DNA of 64,000 nt, taken from NCBI GenBank assembly GCA_020629455.1, contig JAHDDH010000002.1:43349-107348 (forward strand). Direction: 5' to 3'. The position numbers and the translations under genes were made by a program. Under the pieces are notes generated by a model. It worked only from the letters and a program-made list of their open reading frames with translations. It had not been told where the DNA came from and did no database searches. This document shows, in pieces, positions 57,912-64,000 of the stretch. Source of the DNA: Cytophagales bacterium. Lineage in GTDB: Bacteria; Bacteroidota; Bacteroidia; Cytophagales; Amoebophilaceae. Numbering within the stretch: position 1 is the stretch's first letter; each line of letters opens with the position of its first letter.

Positions 57912-58550
57912 TTATTTTTTTAATATAATCATCAATCCATCCCGTATAGGCAAAATCAATGGCGAAACACGTATATCTGCATGCACTTTTTTTGTAAACT
58001 GTTGTATGCATTTTGTATAGATATCTACATCTTTTTGTTTTGCTAACACTTGTCCCTTCCACAATACATTGTCTACCAATATAACGCCCCCCTGGGTCAC
58101 TTGATCAAAAACAAGATCATAGTATATGGCAATATTTTTTTTGTCAGCATCAATGAACACTAAATCTAAAGGATTTTTTATTTTTTGTAATACAGAAATG
58201 GCATCATCAATATATAAATGTATATGCTCTTGCATACCAGATTTTTGAAAATACTGTTTGGCTATATGTGTACTCTTAGGATCTTTATCTATGGTATATA
58301 AATTTCCTTTTGGCTGTAAACCTTCTAGTAAACACAACGCAGAATATCCAGTATAAGTGCCTATTTCTAATATATTTTGAGGTTTGACCATTTGGGCAAT
58401 GATGGATAATAACCTACCTTGTAAAACCCCAGCAATCATATGACTTCCGGGTAAAACATCGGTCTCTTTACGGAGTGCTTGCAGTAAATCAGGTTCTCTG
58501 GCTACAAACTGTGTAATGTAATCTTGTATAAGAGTATATGGTTGGTTCAT
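57912..58550 (-). CDS. class I SAM-dependent O-methyltransferase (caffeoyl-CoA OMT-like family)
   Basis: 212 aa. ILEIGTYTGYSALCL, FIDADKKN and GGVILVDNVLW. Confidence 0.85.
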   Translation of the reverse strand: MNQPYTLIQDYITQFVAREPDLLQALRKETDVLPGSHMIAGVLQGRLLSIIAQMVKPQNILEIGTYTGYSALCLLEGLQPKGNLYTIDKDPKSTHIAKQYFQKSGMQEHIHLYIDDAISVLQKIKNPLDLVFIDADKKNIAIYYDLVFDQVTQGGVILVDNVLWKGQVLAKQKDVDIYTKCIQQFTKKVHADIRVSPLILPIRDGLMIILKK

Positions 58551-58636
58551 TATTTTTTCGATGGCTGTATAGATGATGGGTATTTGAAAAAATCAGAAAA
58601 GAATATTAATATAATTTTTATCAAATTTGTTTTGAT

Positions 58637-59800
58637 ATGCAAAAAGATAAAGCATCTACTTTCAAAAAATTACAACAAAATATCCAAATCATTGGAGAAC
58701 AAGACATCTTGCCTTACACAAGAACTTGGGATGAAACACAAACATTTCCTAAAACATTATTTCAAAAATTAGGGCAAAAAGGATTATTAGGTATCATAGC
58801 CCCTCAAAAATATGGAGGGCAAGCCCTTAACTATACAGCTTACGTAGAAGCCATTATACATTTGGCAACATTTGATGGTGCAATTGCTATGTCTGTTGCT
58901 GCACACAATTCTTTGGCTTTGGAGCACTTAATACAATTTGGTAATACAGCGCAAAAAGAACAATGGGCACAAAGTCTTATCAAAGGAAAATGTATAGGTG
59001 CTTGGGCGCTTACTGAACCTAATGTAGGTTCTGATGCTGCTCAACTGCAAACCACTGCTGAAAAAAAAGGAAATCATTGGATTATTCAGGGGGAAAAAAA
59101 ATTCATTACCCATGGAAAAAACAGCCAATTGGCCATTGTAATGGCCAAAACCAATCCAAAACCCTATACACAACACAACATCACAGCCTTTATTGTAGAC
59201 AAAAAAAATCCAGGCATTAGCATAGGAAAGTCAGAAAACAAAATGGGGATGCGTGCTTCAGAAACATCAACCCTATTATTTCAATCTTGTAAAGTGCATG
59301 AAGATAACATGATTGGCACTATCAACACAGGATTTTCACAAGCAATGGAAATTTTAGAAGGTGGGAGGATATCCATTGCTGCACTCAGTATTGGAATAGC
59401 CAAAGGTGCTTTTCATATGGCTTTACAATATGCTCACAAAAGAAAACAATTTGGCAAACGATTAATAGACTTTCAAGGAATTTCCTTTAAACTAGCAGAA
59501 ATGGCTACACAAATTGAAGCAGGTTATTTGCTTACTTTGAAAGCAGCCCAAACAAAAGATCAAAAACAGCCAGTCAATCAAATTGCTTCTATGGCAAAAT
59601 ACCACTGCGCAGAAACCGCCGTAGCGGTCACCAACCAAGCGGTACAAATATTAGGAGGCAATGGCTATTGTAAAGAATATTTGGTGGAGAAATTTTATAG
59701 AGATGCTAAACTATGCACCATTGGTGAAGGCACCTCTGAAATTCAAAAAATCATCATTGCAAAACAGTTAATGAAAAAATATGAACAAACAAAGTATTAA
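58637..59800 (+). CDS. acyl-CoA dehydrogenase (short/medium-chain type)
   Basis: 387 aa. ALTEPNVGSDA, FITHG, and the C-terminal GGNGYCKEY...IGEGTSEIQ with the catalytic Glu context. Confidence 0.92.
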   Translation: MQKDKASTFKKLQQNIQIIGEQDILPYTRTWDETQTFPKTLFQKLGQKGLLGIIAPQKYGGQALNYTAYVEAIIHLATFDGAIAMSVAAHNSLALEHLIQFGNTAQKEQWAQSLIKGKCIGAWALTEPNVGSDAAQLQTTAEKKGNHWIIQGEKKFITHGKNSQLAIVMAKTNPKPYTQHNITAFIVDKKNPGISIGKSENKMGMRASETSTLLFQSCKVHEDNMIGTINTGFSQAMEILEGGRISIAALSIGIAKGAFHMALQYAHKRKQFGKRLIDFQGISFKLAEMATQIEAGYLLTLKAAQTKDQKQPVNQIASMAKYHCAETAVAVTNQAVQILGGNGYCKEYLVEKFYRDAKLCTIGEGTSEIQKIIIAKQLMKKYEQTKY

Positions 59801-60956
59801 GTCCTTCAGCTGGTTATTCATCTTTGGACTTATTTTTGCTTGTAAAACGGCTTTTCAATCAGAAATCATCTTACTGGAATCTTATATCATTGAACTCCAA
59901 CATGATGACCTAAAAAAATCACTTGAACAAATCACAGACTATGACCTAAGAGACCAAAAAATATACCAATATTTAGAAGATACTTTCTATATGATTAATC
60001 CTAAACATATTACCCATGCTTACAACGAAACATTCATAGGATTCTCTGCTTATATTTCTCAAAAAAAAGCCAAAAGCTTTGAAAAATTAAATGTTATCAA
60101 AAGTATCAGCAGAGTAGATGTAGACAAAAAAAAAGAGGCCTTATCTCACAAAAAATTAAACCAAACCAAGTTATTCAAACCATCAACCCACCAAATAAAT
60201 GTTAGTAATCATACAGTTTCAACAACAAAAAAAGCATGGGTAATTGATAGTGGAATTGCAAATCATCAAGATCTAAACATAGACAAAAAACTTAGTAGAA
60301 ATTTCATTGCTAACATTAAAAAAAAAAAAATCCACTCATCATATGATCATAACGGCCATGGAACACATGTAGCAGGCATCATCGCAGGCAAACACACAGG
60401 ACAAACCCCTGGCGCTATAGTAGTTGCTATCAAAATTACCAACGAACAAGGCAAAGGAAATATTACAGATGCTTTAAAAGGCTTAGACTATGCTGCCTTT
60501 CAAGGAAAAAAAGGTGATGTGGTCAATATGAGTATCAATGGCCCTTACTATGCTATTTTTGAAAAAGCAGTATTACATACTGCCAAAAAAAATATTTATG
60601 TAGTATTAGCTGCAGGTAATGATGGAAAAAAAATCATAGCAAAGGAAACGCTTACAGGTATTTTTGATGTACAAAATGTTTATGTAGTATTGAATCAAAA
60701 TCAAAATGATAAGAAGCAAACATTAGCCGAAAGCTCTAACTATGCTTCTTATAGCAATTGCTATGCAGCACCAGGAGAAAATATTTTTTCTACATGGAAT
60801 AATAATCAACACATGGCACTGAGTGGCACTTCAATGGCTGCGCCTTATATCAGTGGATTGCTATTAAAACATGGGAGTTATTTTCCTCAAAAAGAGGAAA
60901 TTTTTAATCATCCAAAATTTCCAAGAGAAACTATTAAGATTAAATGCATTGTATGA
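59781..60956 (+). CDS. secreted/lipoprotein subtilisin-like serine peptidase (S8) with N-terminal I9 propeptide
   Basis: 391 aa. Signal or lipobox LFIFGLIFAC, an I9-like propeptide, and the catalytic triad contexts WVIDSGI, HGTHVAGI and GTSMAAPY, plus oxyanion AAGND. Overlaps the upstream gene by 20 nt. Confidence 0.88.
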   Translation: MNKQSIKSFSWLFIFGLIFACKTAFQSEIILLESYIIELQHDDLKKSLEQITDYDLRDQKIYQYLEDTFYMINPKHITHAYNETFIGFSAYISQKKAKSFEKLNVIKSISRVDVDKKKEALSHKKLNQTKLFKPSTHQINVSNHTVSTTKKAWVIDSGIANHQDLNIDKKLSRNFIANIKKKKIHSSYDHNGHGTHVAGIIAGKHTGQTPGAIVVAIKITNEQGKGNITDALKGLDYAAFQGKKGDVVNMSINGPYYAIFEKAVLHTAKKNIYVVLAAGNDGKKIIAKETLTGIFDVQNVYVVLNQNQNDKKQTLAESSNYASYSNCYAAPGENIFSTWNNNQHMALSGTSMAAPYISGLLLKHGSYFPQKEEIFNHPKFPRETIKIKCIV

Positions 60957-60957
60957 T

Positions 60958-61461
60958 ATGATACATTTTTATCAAAAAATAATGAATGAACATGCAGCCT
61001 TAGAAAAAATCAACACATGGCAAGGAAAAAAAATTGTTTTCACTAATGGCTGTTTTGATATTTTACACCTTGGTCATGTGGAATATCTCAACCAAGCAAA
61101 AAATTTGGGCGATAAACTCATTGTAGGGATGAATAGCGACGATTCTATCAAAAATATCAAAGGAATAAATAGACCCATTCATACAGCAAAAGCCAGGACA
61201 AAAATTATGGCTTCTTTACAAGCAGTAGATATGGTCATCATTTTTAATGAAGATACACCCGAAAGGCTCATTCAAAAAATTACACCACAAATTTTAGTCA
61301 AAGGAGATGATTATCAAAATATACAAACAATTATAGGAGCAAAATGGGTACTCAAACATGGAGGTATCGTCAAAACATTGCCATTTGTAGACGGATTTTC
61401 TACCACAAAAATCATACAAAAAATACAAGCACAAAATAAAAGTATCCCTTTGAAACAATGA
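60958..61461 (+). CDS. cytidylyltransferase-like nucleotidyltransferase, D-beta-D-heptose 1-phosphate adenylyltransferase (RfaE domain II)-like
   Basis: 167 aa from the ATG at 60958; the track extension overlaps the S8 gene. [20 protein letters not shown] (HxGH motif), and the length and C-terminal ST..II match the family. Confidence 0.8.
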   Translation: MIHFYQKIMNEHAALEKINTWQGKKIVFTNGCFDILHLGHVEYLNQAKNLGDKLIVGMNSDDSIKNIKGINRPIHTAKARTKIMASLQAVDMVIIFNEDTPERLIQKITPQILVKGDDYQNIQTIIGAKWVLKHGGIVKTLPFVDGFSTTKIIQKIQAQNKSIPLKQ

Positions 61462-63245
61462 AAAATATTCGAAATTTTTGCATCATTGCTCATATAGATC
61501 ATGGTAAAAGCACTTTAGCAGACAGACTTTTGGAGTTTACCAAAACTATTGAAAAAAGAGATATGCAAGCACAACTTTTAGATAGTATGGATTTGGAAAG
61601 AGAAAGAGGAATCACCATCAAAAGTCATGCTATCCAGATGCACTATACATTTGAAAATCAAGATTATATTTTCAACCTCATTGATACGCCAGGACATGTA
61701 GACTTTGCTTATGAAGTCTCTCGTTCTATAGCCGCTTGTGAAGGAGCCTTGCTTATTGTAGATGCAGCACAAGGCATTGAAGCACAAACCATCTCCAATT
61801 TATATTTAGCAATTGAACATGGCCTAACCATCATTCCTATCATCAATAAAATTGATTTACCAAGTGCAAAAACAGCGGAAGTGAAAGATCAAATCATAGA
61901 CCTTATCGACTGCTCCAATGACGATATTATAGCGGCTAGTGCCAAAGAAGGCATTGGCATTGCAGAAATTTTAGAGGCAATTATATCAAAAATTCCTGAA
62001 CCAAAAGGAAACATTGATACACCACTACAAGCCATGATTTTTGATTCTGTATTCAATCCATTTCGTGGTATTGAAGTATATTTTCGTGTTTTTAATGGTG
62101 TCATCAAAAAAAATGATAGAATTCAATTCATCAACACAAAAAAAATATACACAGCAGAAGAAATAGGAATATTACAGCTCAAAAAATTACCACAAACGTA
62201 TCTAGAAGCTGGAAATGTAGGCTATTTAATATCAGGTATCAAAAAAGCAAGTGAAGTAAAAGTAGGTGACACAATCACACATGTTGACAATTCTTGTAAA
62301 ACTGCAATCAAGGGTTTTGAAGAAGTAAAACCCATGGTTTTTGCAGGTATATATCCTATTGAAACCAGTGAGTATGAAAACTTGAGAACAGCGATGGAAA
62401 AACTACAACTCAACGATGCTTCTTTAGTTTGGGAACCAGAAACTTCTGTAGCTTTAGGATTTGGTTTTCGTTGTGGATTTTTAGGCATGCTGCATATGGA
62501 AATTATTCAAGAACGTTTGGAGAGAGAATTTAACATGCAAGTGATTACCACTGTTCCCTCTGTAAAATTTCAAGTGATTGATAAACTAGAAAATATCCAA
62601 AAAATCAGTGCTCCTGCAGATATGCCAGAGCCTAACCAAATCAGCCGAATTGAAGAACCGTTTGTACATGCCAAAATTATCACCAAAGCAGCATACATTG
62701 GGAATATCATTAAATTATGTATGGAAAAAAGAGCATTGTTAAAAAACCAAGTATATCTTACCACCAGTCGTGTGGAACTTATCTTTGAAATGCCTTTGGC
62801 TGAAATGGTTTTTGATTTTTTTGATAAATTAAAAAGTGTTTCCAAAGGATATGCTTCTTTAGATTATGAATTGATTGGTTATGTAGTATCTAACTTGGTA
62901 AAACTGGATATTTTGCTCAATGGGGAAAAAGTAGATGCTTTGTCAGTAATTGTACATCGCAACAAAGCCTATGAGTGGGGAAAAAAACTGTGTGAAAAAC
63001 TCAAAACATTGCTCACACGTCAGATGTTTGAAATTGCAATCCAAGCAGCCATTGGCACAAAAATTATTGCCCGTGAAAGTGTAAAAGCCATGCGTAAAAA
63101 TGTAACTGCTAAGTGTTATGGAGGAGATATTTCTCGAAAGAAAAAACTTTTGGAAAAGCAAAAAAAAGGAAAAAAACGTATGAAACAAATCGGTAATGTA
63201 GAAATTCCACAAGAAGCTTTTTTGGCAGTTTTAAAACTAGATTGA
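61458..63245 (+). CDS. lepA: translation elongation factor 4 (LepA)
   Basis: 595 aa. [33 protein letters not shown] and the LepA-specific C-terminal domain ([18 protein letters not shown]). Confidence 0.98.
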   Translation: MKNIRNFCIIAHIDHGKSTLADRLLEFTKTIEKRDMQAQLLDSMDLERERGITIKSHAIQMHYTFENQDYIFNLIDTPGHVDFAYEVSRSIAACEGALLIVDAAQGIEAQTISNLYLAIEHGLTIIPIINKIDLPSAKTAEVKDQIIDLIDCSNDDIIAASAKEGIGIAEILEAIISKIPEPKGNIDTPLQAMIFDSVFNPFRGIEVYFRVFNGVIKKNDRIQFINTKKIYTAEEIGILQLKKLPQTYLEAGNVGYLISGIKKASEVKVGDTITHVDNSCKTAIKGFEEVKPMVFAGIYPIETSEYENLRTAMEKLQLNDASLVWEPETSVALGFGFRCGFLGMLHMEIIQERLEREFNMQVITTVPSVKFQVIDKLENIQKISAPADMPEPNQISRIEEPFVHAKIITKAAYIGNIIKLCMEKRALLKNQVYLTTSRVELIFEMPLAEMVFDFFDKLKSVSKGYASLDYELIGYVVSNLVKLDILLNGEKVDALSVIVHRNKAYEWGKKLCEKLKTLLTRQMFEIAIQAAIGTKIIARESVKAMRKNVTAKCYGGDISRKKKLLEKQKKGKKRMKQIGNVEIPQEAFLAVLKLD

Positions 63246-63302
63246 TCAACCGAAAATATTTTTTACAAAAAAATTAAAAATATAATCATTACTATTATAA
63301 TC

Positions 63303-64000
63303 ATAATTAACAATGAAAAAAAAACATTTATTATTTATTAGTGCTAAAATTTTAGCCTTAGGTTTATTGGTAACTTGTAATACAATTAATAATAATCCTT
63401 TAGAAAAGGACTTATCTCTCCAGAGTATACAAGCTGACATAATAAAACCTATCATTATCAAAAAATTTGTAGATGGATCTAACGAAATAAAAGAAATTTT
63501 ATACTACTCCCGACAAAATATTCACCTCAAAACCAAAGATGACAAAATGATTGTGTTGCAATCTCATCAAATCAAAGGAATTTCTTCCCAAATCACACAA
63601 AAAAAAATCCAAACATTTTTAAGTAAAAACGCTTGGATAAAAATCCAAAAAAATACAAATAATACCTATACTTTAACAGCACATGTCAAAAATTATGGGG
63701 GGATGGAGTCTTTAAAAAATGAATTTGAAGATTTAAATCTAAACATTATTTCATATAAACTTTCTAATGAGCAAAAAAATGAATTAGAAGCCTTAGCTGA
63801 ACACTATGATTATCAAATTATGGTGATAGAAGATAATGAAGAAGGAAAAAAAATAGGCATTTGGGGAAAAAATAAAAATAAAATTACTTTAGCTTATAAT
63901 GGCGAGTATTTTAGAAACTATGAAGAAAATACAACAACAATAAATTTTGTAGAAAAAAAAATTTGTGATAAAAAATCATCCCTTTTTTATTGTGTATACA
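63303..64000 (+). CDS. hypothetical lipoprotein, 5' part (runs off the window end)
   Basis: Not in the ORF track because it is open-ended. My translation from the ATG at 63303 reads MKKKHLLFISAKILALGLLVTCNTINNNPLEKD..., with a signal peptide and an L-V-T-C lipobox. The frame stays open for about 232 codons to position 64000. No family recognised. Confidence 0.6.

Noticed and set aside
63246-63461. 71-aa minus-strand ORF after lepA
   Set aside because: It is antisense to a longer plus-strand frame with a convincing lipoprotein signal peptide that stays open to the window end.
63303-64000. Possible OTU-like deubiquitinase in the terminal lipoprotein (KITLAYNGEYFRNY resembles the OTU His-box context)
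   Set aside because: No catalytic Cys box (D-G-N-C-type) lies upstream, and the His itself is absent. The resemblance is too thin.
1-64000. CRISPR arrays, rRNA genes, tmRNA/RNase P/SRP RNA, prophage or defence islands
   Set aside because: I saw no regularly spaced direct repeats and no GC-rich structured intergenic segments other than tRNA-Phe and the 27742-27835 patch. I saw no clusters of phage or defence-type genes. This was a scan by eye, not a covariance-model search.

Overview
Gene-dense, visibly AT-rich bacterial chromosomal window; GC content was not computed. I support 58 protein-coding genes, one tRNA-Phe(GAA), four hairpin terminators and one in-frame 36-bp tandem duplication. Two of the genes are open at the window edges and so are missing from the ORF track: lon at 1-1376 (minus) and a lipoprotein at 63303-64000 (plus). 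I found no rRNA, no CRISPR array and no IS element with recognisable inverted repeats. Content is mostly housekeeping. Translation and RNA: gatC, gatA, gatB, ileS, lepA, rsgA, obg, rsmG, trhO, rpsT, rpsU, smpB, ffh, rho. DNA: recA, holB, xerC/D-like, radC, yraN, DnaQ-like exonuclease. Envelope: mreB, rseP, fused murF-alr, FtsW/RodA-like, lpxB, kdsA, KdsC-like HAD, pssA, MsbA-like ABC exporter, LysM lytic transglycosylase, two beta-barrel OMP candidates. Metabolism: sucA, sucB, menD, aroB, ribE, adk, an acyl-CoA dehydrogenase and two mevalonate-pathway genes. Several traits point to Bacteroidota, probably a host-associated or reduced lineage (inference only). These are a 1111-aa type-2 IleRS, the MurF-Alr fusion, Rho with an N-terminal insertion, a GH3-family protein, xerC-rpsU adjacency, a PDDEXK_2-type 'transposase' and lysine-run homopolymers. 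Start codons were corrected for six ORF-track entries. Main second-look items: (1) an FSA/TalC-type aldolase barrel fused to a KdsD/KpsF-type CBS pair, 12 nt downstream of kdsA, with the usual SIS isomerase domain missing. (2) A sucB whose lipoyl and E3-binding domains look intact but whose catalytic DHR..DG histidine motif reads DSA..EE, separated from sucA by a DUF1624 membrane acyltransferase-like gene. (3) An orphan NuoK/ND4L-like membrane protein with both conserved glutamates and no neighbouring nuo or mrp genes. (4) A 266-aa Mur-ligase-like relic without a P-loop. (5) A PD-(D/E)XK nuclease gene with a perfect 36-bp tandem duplication and a G-rich leader that is atypical for this genome. 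I do not see a clear multi-gene novel system such as a defence island. The findings are mostly single-gene architectural oddities, and I have scored them accordingly.
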